From: Raillietiella orientalis
Taxonomy: Eukaryota
Length of the DNA: 64,000 nt
Assembly: GCA_036172245.1 (NCBI GenBank)
Contig: JAYWIR010000055.1
Coordinates: 558,001 to 622,000 of the forward strand
Reading direction: 5' to 3'
How positions within the stretch are numbered: position 1 is the first letter of the stretch; each line of letters opens with the position of its first letter. A model generated the notes under the pieces. It saw nothing but the letters and a program-made list of their open reading frames with translations. It was not told the origin of the DNA and ran no database searches. Shown here piece after piece: positions 52,020 through 64,000 of the stretch. A program made the translations under genes and the position numbers.

Positions 52020-55000
52020 GTCGAGGCAGAGATCGGGGCGCCGCAGCTACTGCATGCCGTTCCTGCCTCCGCCGTTTCCCCGCAACGCAGCATCCGCCAG
52101 GCAGCAGCCCACTCGCACGCAGCCGGCTCGCCCGCCCAACTGGGCGCGCGGGGCACGCGCGCGCCCGTGCGGTGCGGCGGCTTCCGCGAAAACCGCCGCC
52201 CACCCGGCCCGGCGGGCGACGGCGGAATTCCTGGCCAGCTCGCATTACTACTAGTCGAATATTTCAAGTTTGTTCGTCATTGAAATCGCACGATCAGCAG
52301 AACGAACGAGGGCTTCGGCACTTGAAACTTGGCTCGTGGCCTGCGCAGTGCACTGGAAACAACTATACACCTGTTTACCTCATCTTATCTGAAAGGAAAG
52401 AAAATTTTTTTTTTTTTTTTTTTTCGAACCACCATGCTCGATCAGCATTACAACTTTTTTTTTTAAAATACAAACAAACAAAAACAAACATATCATTTGT
52501 ACCTAATGGAATTCTCAAACATCTCAAAAGATTCTTCTCTACGTTACAACACCGCTGCTGCTTTTCCTGTATTTCTTGATCAAAGAAAACTGCTTGCTCA
52601 ACACTCAAGCGTACAGCGTAGGCTTAAGTGTTGAAACAACAAAACGCCTCTGAATAAATGATGCCCCGAGCCAGCGAGGCGCGGTGCCATCATACTAGAG
52701 TTGCCAATTTCCGAGCACCGGCAAATTAGGTAGACATCGACGCCATCAAAACGTTGCCAGTAACAGAAAACACACTTCAATGAATACAAGCTGCACTTAT
52801 TCTTCCCTATTACCACAGCCACGCGTACTTTGTCATTACGCTTCGACCGACTGATCCTCTGCAATTTTCCTTTCTTCCATTTTTACAAGACCACACTTCA
52901 CACTTGATTTCTTTCAGTCCAAAATCCCGCCATTCCATTTCTGTTGACGTTCCTTTCCATGCGCTTGAGGGTACATGGGAGAAGGAATCGCCACAAGGAT
53001 AGAAATTACTGCTGGCCACCTTTGGTGTTATGAATGTCAGTGTTTCTTAAAGATTTACGCCACTTCATGGAGTATAACACGGGACCGAACATCTGGGAAC
53101 CCACCCTGAAAGCAGAACTTGTGATACCCCCAAGGACTTCAAAGTGATAAAGTGTTGGTATGTTGTATGAATGTGATTGTAGAATGAATGAGATTTAAAA
53201 GAAAATAAATTTACCCCACCCCTTGTGGGTTTGGGGGAAAATCGGCAAACATTCCTGTGGAGTATAGCAAAACGTTCTTTTACATATCCTATTATGTTAG
53301 GGTTTGCAAAAGCGGTCAATATGACAGCGCAACTCCAATACACGCAATAGATGCAATGTACTCGAGATCCTCATGCTTAAGAACTTGCATCTGCTTGGTA
53401 TGACGACCACCGAACAAACCACAATTCTTTGCAGTTGGTTGTCTTTTTAGATTCTTGCTGATCCTTTTATTGTATAGATTGCATGGATTAAAATACTCGA
53501 ATGATCCATAATTCATTGGAAGCTATGAAAATGCCTACAATGAAATTTAAAATAGTCCGAGGACACGGGCAACCCAGTTTTCCATACAGAAAGGACCTGT
53601 GGGCTTTTCGTGTCTGTTAAACGAAAGTACCTTCGGTAAAACATCAGAGCCAAACTCACTTTAACGAGTTCGTCGGGGGCTCCAAACGTCTTTCATACCA
53701 GGCGAAGTTATCATTAGAATTGGACTCAATTTCAGGATCGGACTAATGAACGGACGCCCAGATTATGTGTATGAACCTAGAAGTTGAAAATTAAGCGGTA
53801 TCTTTCATAACCCTACTAGCAATCAGTTTTCTCAATATCCGGGATTTCAACATCCAACGTTTCGATAAACAGTATCTGGTTTTGGTTTGTTGGGTCCCAC
53901 GTTCCTATGAAATACCAATCGCTTTGTGGAACTTATTTTGTGAACTTATTGGTAATTATGCTAATGTTTCTTACCGTTTATGCTGAAAACGTTCTCATCC
54001 TTCATAGCACATTAAGATATGAAGAGAAAGCATACAAGTCGTTTAAGGGAGATCAGAATGTAGAAGAATTTGGTTTTGAAAAAAAGCTATGTTAAGAGAG
54101 CAACAAAAGAAACATCAAAGCTTAAGAAGAATCTTTTGTAAATTTCATGGGAAGACACTGGAGAAGAATCGATGTGCAAGCTCGCAAGTTGTATTAAAAT
54201 TGCAAGTGTATAGTTTGGGTCCAGTGCTGCCAATCGCGATAACGTGCAAGAGCTTCGTCGTTCCTGCTACTGCAATTTTCCGAAAGCGCAGGTTGAGCCC
54301 AGCATTCTAGACAGAACCGGCACAGTTGTCCCTCATCCACAATCCTGCATCCGTAGCAGATGCTCTTATCTTCATGAAAATACGTGCCATGCAACGCCTA
54401 CTATCTGGGTAACCAAAATACCTGGAAATACTTTTCTGCCATAACGTCTTGAGTTCCTGAAATCTTGAGGAAAAAATCAGCAGTGATTTTAAATATGAAG
54501 CACATCCTTACTGTGAGCTGTGAGTGCACGATTTGGTGAGTTCATTTACTTTTTTACTTTTAGATCCTTTTACGATCAAAAGTCTCGTTCCTTTGTTCTT
54601 TGGATAAAAGGCTTTTTCTTTAAGCATCGTCATCATATCATATCACATGATGAGTACTACTTCAAAAGCCCTATCCAAAGTTTGCATTAACTTTTCTGTC
54701 CTATTTTCCTCTGAATGTAAGCAAAATTCGTCGAATCTGCATCAGCTGATTAAACTTTCGATATCAGATTTTCATAAATTATGAATTTTGATAATCATTG
54801 GTTCCATGTCGGCAGCCCTGCTTTCTCATTGTTTTCGTAGTCTCTCTCTCTTTTTTTCTTCCAGAATGAAAAACTATGCAGTGTTCTCATTCTAACGAAT
54901 TTCACAATTGTCTCTATTTCTGCATTTATGAGTAAAGCAGCGCATCTCGAGTATTGGAATGCAATTTTAGATTCAGTAGATTTTTAATTTGATCACTTGC

Positions 55001-58000
55001 TGCTTAGATTTTATCACATTGTCCTCGTGATAGTTTGCTTCACTTTATCAGCTCCTCCAGTTATAAGAACAAAAAAAAACAAGGTAGGTAAGTATTAGAA
55101 ATCTCCTCAGGATTGCCGAAGAAACTTTCTCAATTTGATCGATTCTTTTTCCCATCTTCGTTTTCTCGATGATCCCCATTCTTTCTGGGAAGAGATGCCT
55201 AGTGAACGGATGATTTGCTTAGGTTCTCCTTTCTTTGCGTTTATCTTTTCTTGGTTTGAACATCTACTTGATAACAAACCATTGGTTTTGTTTTGTACAT
55301 AACACGATTGCTGTATTACTATCAGCTCCAACAAGAGCACGGTCACTCGTTGAACATTGAAGAAAGGGTCTCCAGTGACATTTTGTTTCCGGTACCCCGG
55401 TGTCTGTTTCATAGGGAAGTCTTTACTTTAGAAAAGTCAGCCATGGACGTGCATCATCGCCAAACACCAGAGAACAATAAGTTGTAATAATTCTGCTTCA
55501 TCAGTAATTGAACACAAAGTAACCAATATCAAATTCACAACAATTGAAAATACTGTTCTGTAATGGCGGTGAGTTTTCATAATTCTGATATAATTCAAGG
55601 GGAATCAGCATTAATGATTCAAGGGAGGCATCACTGCAGTAAACTCAATCATATTAATCGAAGTTCGAAGAGAACGATCCCTGGAAGCAATTTTATTTGA
55701 AATTGCCCGGGTTAATTAACCTTTACTCGGTCGGTTTTAAAATTTTGCATGATGCCTTAACTCTATGCGACTTACACTTCTTCAAGTGGAAAAGAGGAGG
55801 AAAACCTTTTGCCTGGGACCATCGAAGCGTGGGTGTTGGAAAGTGCTACAGCCATCATCATCTGGTTGTGCAACTGATATTCATATTCACTTCTTCAGGG
55901 AACCTGATCCGCAGACGTCTGATACATTCTTCCCTCTGTTCCCGGAGATGAATGCGCGGGAGCACGCTGAAGGATCACGGAGCATCGTCGCGCCTTTCCC
56001 CATGGTTTGGACAAGTTTTGCCTCCGCGCGAAGATTTCTCTATAGAGACCTGCTCGGCCCTTCGATGCCAAGCATCAAGATGTCGCAGCCTTCCCTCGCT
56101 GGGAAACAAAACGAAATTTTCAGTTCCCATTTCGTTCGGGTCAAAGAACAAAGATGTTTCGTCTGTTCTCGTGAAGCAAAAAGTTTGTTTCGAAGCATCG
56201 ATCGCCTTCGTATCGAGCTGCCTAAGCGTTCTCGGAAATTTGCTAGCAAAAGTATTATTAAATAGGGCAACATTCCCACGAACTCCGATTTCATTTATAT
56301 AGCTCGTCTTTTGGTGCTTGTTCAGTTCTGTATTAATATTACAATGCAATCAAGACCAACACCAAAATCAGCTCTGCACCAGGATCCCCAGTATTACCTT
56401 CCATATAATCAGAAAACCAGCATTCATAGACAAGAAGAACGAACTAGATGTGATATTATTGAAAATTTTCATTACTTTCTGCTTATCTGATGAAATCCTC
56501 ATGGAAAGAAGATTTTTCTGCAATCTATGCCTTTTTCCAAAAATGAGTTAGCTAGGGTCAATTTTCTAATTAGCTTCTTTTCTGAGTATTCAAATCTATG
56601 CCTCCAAGTCTTTTTCATGTCGTTTCTCTTTTGAGGACCCCAAATTGGTTTTTTTTTTTTTTCCCTGCTTGATATAGACGTACACGTGGAGTGAAAAATC
56701 TCGGTTCCATGTAAACTTTCTCCCAGGTAAAGTACTCCCTGGAAGCGCTTAAGTTATCCATAGTAATACTTCACTTCTGACCGTTGTAGAAATTTTCCAA
56801 GGGTTTTATAGGTATCTACTGCTTGAAACCTACATTGTGAGCGTGCTCTTCACCTACTTTGATTTAAGTTGGAGATCACGATTCCGACTAAGCCTACTTT
56901 GGGATGCATCACTTCCACAACATTTTTGTCAGGAGATTTTGGTGATGCTATGCTAGGAGATCCTGACGTAGCTGAAGGCTCCACAGAATTGTTGCTTTTA
57001 CTCTTAGGGTCACCTGGAGAGAATGATTTAGCCGAACGATCTCTGCAAACGTTTGCGAATTTCCGATTTCCTTTCCACAAAAGAAAGAAATTTTTTTTTC
57101 ACAAAAATTGCACTACCTTTGAACTCTTGATCTGTTTGACGTTGACTTGTTTCATTAATAGACTTCTAGAGAAGATCCGCTTTGTTCAATACCTGCATAG
57201 AGAATAAGCAAGAAATTGCTGCGTTTAAAGTAATATTCTTATTTTGACACACACAGTCCATTCATTTCGATCACTCTGTTCATCCCATTGAGTCGGTACT
57301 CAATGGGGATTGTTTAGCACATGCAAACCAAAAGACCGAGAAGAGATGCAAGAAATACTGAGCACATGTTAATCTTGGGACGTATATAATTCGAGATGAG
57401 TCGAGTTTATCAGTTTTTCATACTGCAAACAGTATGCTTAGTAAGCCTTTCCTGATTTAACACATGCTCGTTTACTTTGCACTTCTTAGCTTTGCTGAAA
57501 ATTTTTCAATGAATGGTGCATAGGTAATAAGACTAGTATTCGATTTTGGTTTTTGAAAATTGTAGTTTCACAGTGAATTTCATTTCACAATTCTTTCACA
57601 AGTTTTCATGAATTGTATTCATCACTAAGCTATAGACTATGCAAGGAATCGTTGCTTTTCCTCCTTAGTCCCTCTGCTTAGTAGGCACCAATGTGGTACG
57701 CACTACACACATAAACAAAATCATTGGTTTTTGAATATGTAATTCTTAAAATTTGAACTTAGACGCAACTCTTCTTTACTACCACGTTTATATTTATCAA
57801 GAAGTCTAGAGAGAAGTTCAATTTAGTTGGATATCGTGAGTAAACTAGAATGTCCACTCTTGCTTTCGTTTTCTTGGAGTATCGTAGAATAAGAAGTACG
57901 ACGGTATATTGTGAAAATATTGTTGAAATTCATAGTCTATCCATATTCATTTAGCTACAGACATGAATGCATCAGTTTAAGAATGTAAATATATTTTTTC

Positions 58001-58306
58001 GATTCTGTATTTGCACGTCTAGGTAGTCTCCACAATTAAATTTTTAAAATGTAAGTTTTTTAAGAAATGCATTTTATGTTTTAGATGAGCCTACAATCGC
58101 CTCCAGAAAACCTTTGCATATGTGATATAGAAATGTTTATTTTCTATATTACATATTCAATGTAGTATGGTTTCAGTAGTATTGTAACCAGAAACTGGTT
58201 ACAATACTTGTGAAAACTTTCTCAGCTTTCCTATTAGTGAGATATGTATCAATAATAATAAGATTTTTCTTTCATTTATATACGGCACATAGCATCGGCA
58301 AAGGAA

Positions 58307-58350
<44 letters not shown>

Positions 58351-59125
58351 TTGCATGAATTGTTTGATCTTTCTTTTGTTTTCGATTTTCATTTTTCTTG
58401 ATCATGAATTGTCATTATTATTTTTATCTTAGTTTTGATAATCACTAGTAGATGGCCTATGTGGCTTTCAGTAGCATGCTTTTCGCCAATAGATCTCTTT
58501 CATATTTGAGAAATTATCTTTTGTTATTTCCAGTTAGTTTGCTTTCGGTTAGTTTCAAATGAATTCGATTTCCACGTGGAAGAACCCCGTTGGCAAGCGG
58601 TAACACTGCATCATGGAACGTGTGGCAGTGTTGTAACACGAAGTCAATAAGGAAAAACAGTAAATGGAGTTGATAGTCTCTGCTTCGATTAAACGAGTCA
58701 ATTTTCGATTTTATACAATGGCAGTACAAGTTCACCACTTCTGTTTTCTTTGATGCATGAGACAAACAGTTTCTCTGAATCCAAGCATTAAAATGTGTGT
58801 CCACGTTTCATTCGAACATTTCCACGTTTCAGTAGAATGCGGAGAGGTTTTGCCTCGGGGCTCTGCCTGTTGGTATATGTCGTCACAATATATTTACTGA
58901 CTGCTGAAACCCGGATTCGAAATGCCCGTTTTTTTTGTCATCTTCACAAATAAATTTTCGTTATGTATGCTGGCATGATTTTCAGAGAACAGTTGTCCTA
59001 TTTAATTGCTATGTGGTAGGCGTCGAGAATTTTTGGTGCAATTGTGGTACTGTAGGAGCACGCAAGCATGTCATGACTTTGGAACAAGCACTCTTTTTTC
59101 TAATTATTGTAACCATAGGAGATTT

Positions 59126-61071
59126 ATGATGTCTGATTTTTTAAATAATGATTTAAGATTATGTCCCTATGACGAATCTCATGTTGTTGCATCGGGTCGG
59201 TTTCTTAATCATTTGACCAAATGCAAAAAGGTAAAAATTTCGATATGTTTTTATAGAATACCGCGAAACCGAAAGTTCAACTAATCTATTGAAAGTTTCG
59301 TCTTCCAGCATTATCCAGATGTGAAGTTGGCCATTTGCCCATTTGATTCTACTCACCATGTAAGGAGATCAAATTTGAAAGAGCATATGCTAAAGTGCAC
59401 ACAAAGAAGAAGTGTTACTAAGCTATTCAAAATTGGTAAAATTGATTTTCGAAATGCTTGACTAATTTGGTATTAGTGTGTAGGTTTTAGACTTATCCCT
59501 CTAATTTGCAATTTGAATTTGATTATTGTATAGTCAAAGTGACCTGTAGCCTTTGCATGATAAAGGTGTGAGTATTTTTAAACAAACCCTTAAATCGCCA
59601 CTTTTTCTACTTCTTTCTCAATTTATTTGATTTGCGACCTTTAAATGTTGACTGGGCAGTCTTCCAGTGTATATAAGTGAGGCATATACATTTGCCATTA
59701 AAAGTTCAAATAAATTTTTTCAGAACAGTGTGTAAGATTGCCAGTCTTTAAGCAACTATGAGGCATGGTAAACCAACTGGAACTCTGTTATGAGTTCCAG
59801 TTGGTTTAGAATATATTCTTCAATCAGTTGTAAATTGTTTTAAAACTATTTCCACTTCATCTATGTTAATGCATTGAATTGAGAACTGAATCTTTACAGT
59901 TAATTAGCATTATGATTCTTTGATTATAAATAAGTTTGGCGTGAGTTCTTTAGCAAGTCATTAATATCTTAGTTATATGGGTATGTATCAACCATTGAAG
60001 ACTTTCTTGTGTAAAGTGCTCATTCCACTTATTGTGAAGATGAGTTTGCTTTTTGATTAACAAGTGTTTTCATTAGATTTCACTTTCATGTCTTGTTACA
60101 TGAATTTAGCTAAGTTAGGCATAGCTGTTAGATATTCATTTAATTTCTTTTTCAAACACTTGATTCTCTTTGTGATCTGCAGTGCTTTAGTCACAAGCAG
60201 GGAAAATTAATCATTTTTTTTCAACCCACAACTTAATGTTTTCAGTTCTATTGCACTGCAAGAAAAGATTTCTTTGATGTATTTGAATGAAGATGCCTTA
60301 TTTTTTGATGCTTTTTAAAGTTGCTTTTAGCCATGAGAAACCATTTAAGTAATTTGTAAGCAGTAATTATTTTCATGTCAACTAACCTAGAATTGGTAAC
60401 ATTATTATCTTAGTGACTTTGATCATCTAGCTAGTCAAGGTGAAAAAATGAAATTCTCAAGCAATTGCTGTTTGAAAAAATGAAAAACTTGTTTTTGCAA
60501 AGTAACATTTGCATCCTTAAATTGAAATAAGATGATGGCAGAAGTTTGTTTGAAATAAGTTTTAGAATTCCAAGCAGCCATGAGAACAGACACATGCAAG
60601 TATATGTTTGCAATGCAATCTTGAGTATCATCGAGATTTCCCGTATAATAATTCCAATGTCAATTTCAATCCAAATTTCATAAAGATAATTAAACAAAAG
60701 AATAGAATATATTGTATACCAGTCAAATAGATTGAATCTCCATCATTTGATTCAGCATATAATAACAACTCGAGTCTGTGATCATCGAATAATTGTACTA
60801 CTTGCAAAGAGGGAGCTGTAGCTTAACATAAGTTAACTTAATGCATATGATTCTTGTTTGTGAAACGATATTTAAGTGATATTTAGTCGTGTGAAGAAAT
60901 AAGCTGTTGTACAATAGAATTAAATACTTTAATATAGGTAGTTGCTACATAGAAGATGAGGAAGGGAACTTAAATTGGGAATTTGATAATCCTGGAGAAA
61001 CGATTTTCTTCAACATTTGTGTCTTTTGTATATTTAGAATAAATAATTTTGTTGACAGTAGTTCCAAGTAA
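59126..61071 (+). CDS. GTSF1: GTSF1/Asterix-like protein with two CHHC (U11-48K-type) zinc fingers; exons 1-2 firm, 3' exons uncertain
   Basis: Exon 59126-59230 (CPYDESHVVASGRFLNHLTKC), a 78-nt intron, then exon 59309-59435 (CPFDSTHHVRRSNLKEHMLKC). A phase-compatible acidic Trp-containing exon lies at 60938-61071 (IEDEEGNLNWEFD), and another possible terminal exon at 62466-62515. Confidence 0.85.
59769..59808. repeat. Perfect 17-bp inverted repeat with 6-nt loop in GTSF1 intron
   Basis: TAAACCAACTGGAACTC-tgttat-GAGTTCCAGTTGGTTTA. Confidence 0.9.
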
Positions 61072-64000
61072 CATGCAATTATAAAGAAAAATATACTGAA
61101 CTACAGTATTTTGATCTTGCATATGTAAATGTTATTTTATGTTGACAGAGTTCAAGAAATTGTGAATTTAGTTAAGAAAGATAGGTTGGATATTACAATC
61201 ACTGATTGCAAGTCACTTGTCACATTTACGAGTGTATAGAGTTGTCATTAATAAGCCGATTGATAGTGATTATTAGGGAAATATTGAAAGGAGGTGGTAA
61301 ATAAGGTATTAGGTGTAACTGTATTGAGTGTCAGAATAAGATTCAGTGGAAATGGTATTTAGAAAAATTAGATGTTAGTAAGTTTGGTGAAACTGAGGTT
61401 TACATGTAGAATAATGTAATTGGGTTTCATTTAGGGGTTATATGATAACAAATTATATATGTAGTTATTAATGGAAGTATTTCTTTGTTATTCATTTTCG
61501 TGGTATATTTGCAATATTAAATCAAATGTGAATTTACGGGTAGTTGTCCTAGGGTTTTAATGTTAGTTTGATATGAATTTTAAAGTTGCTATGAATATGA
61601 AATCTAATGAACAGGGAATTATGTCTAGTGTTAATGGTCGGAAATATCAATGTTGGAGCGCAGAGAATGAGGAATGTAGCACTAAATTACACAGAGAGAT
61701 TCGCATAATGTAGACCATGCTTGATTTGACAAGCATGCATGGTATTTTAGGAGAGTTAAGGTTTAGGAATGAGTCATGTAATGGGTGATTGGAATAAAAA
61801 TTAATTTGGATGTAGCTGTCTTGTTTTATAATTTTGAATCTGACTTCCCATTGAAAAGTATAATGAAATTAAGGAAGGGCTGTTCAAAACTTTGTCTAAT
61901 TATTGATGAAGTGGAATCATGGTGACATTGTTTGGATGGATAATGAAAAATGAATTTTCATAAATGTTGGTTTGTTTAGAAAGTACTCTGAAAATGTGTG
62001 ATGTTTCCAAAAGATTGCAACGTAATATCTCTGGAGGGTTAGGATCAATACGGAAGTTTGCCACCTTGATGCTGAATTGGTTATCTGCATAGTGTAGAAT
62101 ATCGATTCCTGCCTCATTGAGTAAAGATGTCTATGTGATTGACTTTTGAGTAGCTTAGCCAGATTGGTTTCTACCTTTGCCAGTGAACTTTTTTAGCATG
62201 AAAGGATTGGGAAGTTGAACTTTTTTTTTTCTAATTAGAAAGAGTGTAACAGTTATTAATTGTACAGGGGTTAAAGGTATCATGTGTGTTGCAACTGGTA
62301 TGTATAACGCCAGTTGAAGGGAAAGTTTTAGGCAGGGTGCAATGATATGATGGCATAAATGGGATGAGTGAGAGGTTAGTTAGGTTTAGGTGGGTAGTTA
62401 GTTACTTAGGGTATCAAGACTTGATATGTGACATAAAATAAACAGGACCTAGGATCTTGTTGCAGATGATGATCTGTCCAGGAAGTTGGGTAGTGATGAG
62501 GAGGATTCATTTTGAGACATTTAAAAGGAAGGATGTGTGGAGTGTTGGTGTCATGGCGAGTAAGCAATGGAAAGTACGCTTCTGTGGGTTGAAAGCGTTC
62601 TCTGGTGAAAATAATTTCTTATAAAGGTATGTGATTATTGTTATGGGATTGCCTGTCCATACTGTGATGAGAATGAGAGTTGGGGAGAGTATGAGATGGT
62701 CCGTGTTATGTGATCTGGGGGTGTGGATTGTGGCAAGTTATTAGAGATGAATCAGAGCTTTTGATTTTTCTGATGTTGAGTCAGCATTGTGATAATATAG
62801 ATTGTGGATCAGGTATGTTAGCATACCATTTTCGTCACATAAAAGCCATAAATTCTCGTTTTTGAATTTCTCGTTGCTTTTAAGTATTTTGGAAGAGTCA
62901 CACTTGAGCACGTTCAGCCTCTATCCAGAAATATTGGTAAACAGTGTATGTAATTTTATATCAATGTGGTAATACTATCAACAAAATAATAACGGTATTG
63001 AATTTTTTTTATGTGTGTATACGTTGCATACGCAGTTATCTGGGTGCAGACTTATGCACAGCCGAATAAAGGTTTTCTTTTAACAGTTTTGTTTTCCTCA
63101 TATTTTTGTAGTTTGCTTCTTCATTTATTCGTAATATACTGCAGTTTTGCACTTTGTACTAATCATTTAATATGTAACGAGCTATGTATCAAAATAGCAT
63201 TTTTGATAAACGTCTCCACTCTTTTCGAGAAAAAATAGAAACGTAAACAGTCGAATTCGAGAAAATTCTCATGAGATATGTTTGGTACATTCTCATATAG
63301 TGATTGACCTCACGGGGTTGAGGAAAGTTGAGTGAAATGTTGGTTGGAGCACTTTGCGACGCTCGCAATTGGGAGTCGTCGAATTTTACCGGTTACATGG
63401 GCGGTGAAAGGGTGGTCATCATGCATTTACCTGGAGTGATTTTCATTTCTTCAGCATCTCCGGTTGCACCCGCTACGTGGACCTCCGCTTTTATTCTATC
63501 GCCCCTTACATATTTATGAACCTGCCAAAAAACATATGCTCGAGCTTTTCCATCCTTGCACGCTGGATTCGGCCCGGTATTGGCGTGTAGTACTCTTCAT
63601 GTAAAGCCATCCATGACAGGTTTGCGTGTAGAATATGTCAGCACATATCGGAGAAGGGGATTGGGAAGTTAGGAAGCAAAATGAAATATTGGGAAATGTT
63701 AGGAGCCCAGATGAAAGTGCAGTGTGAGACCGAAGTCGTGCAGGCATCGAGTAGCCACTGTGGCACCTTTCCAGGTCGTGAGTTTTCGAAAGCTTCCGGC
63801 AATTGAGCAGTATTTGGGCGGGAAAGGAATGGCAGTAAAGAGTCGCAGTGCCAGAAAACTTTCCAACATAACCACTGAAACCCATGGTGATCGTAACCAA
63901 CGTTTCCTTCAAGCATGGCCATTTGAGAACTGATTGAGGAAATCGTAAAGAAAGATGGATAGTAACGAACCCCACTCCCTGCTCCGTGTAAAGGAAGTGA

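Noticed and set aside
53907..54310. Hydrophobic short ORF as a paralog of the nested membrane protein
   Set aside because: Only superficial similarity, and the apparent intron cannot be spliced into an open frame.
52600..57300. Scattered minus-strand exon-like pieces (e.g. 54194-54394 Cys-rich, 56850-57050 Ser/Pro-rich)
   Set aside because: Could not be joined in phase or assigned to a family, so left unannotated.
63300..64000. Exon-like minus-strand sequence at the right edge
   Set aside because: Truncated by the window, frame ambiguous, no recognisable domain.

Overview
Eukaryotic (arthropod-like invertebrate) nuclear DNA with very short introns (mostly 40-63 nt). There are no prokaryotic features, rRNA/tRNA genes or CRISPR arrays. 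Six conserved genes can be spliced by hand into intact frames: DCAF8-like WD40 (+, 11935-14503), TMEM147 (-, 14672-15747), sestrin (-, 19570-21112), RCE1 CAAX protease (-, 33440-34792), NADP-type malic enzyme with a putative mitochondrial presequence (-, 41112-52019) and a GTSF1/Asterix-like double CHHC zinc-finger gene (+, from 59126). Between them lie GC/CpG-rich blocks with exon-like pieces of unrecognised genes. The most notable unexplained structures are: (1) a 307-bp near-perfect inverted duplication (28982-29288 / 30173-30479) with a perfect 13-bp hairpin at its outer left end; (2) a spliced small single-pass membrane protein gene nested antisense in a malic enzyme intron; (3) a chain of micro-exons downstream of RCE1; (4) apparently fully overlapping 3' UTRs of DCAF8 and TMEM147; and (5) sharp CpG-depleted versus CpG-rich domains suggesting mosaic gene-body methylation. 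All gene models were derived by eye and no database searches were run.
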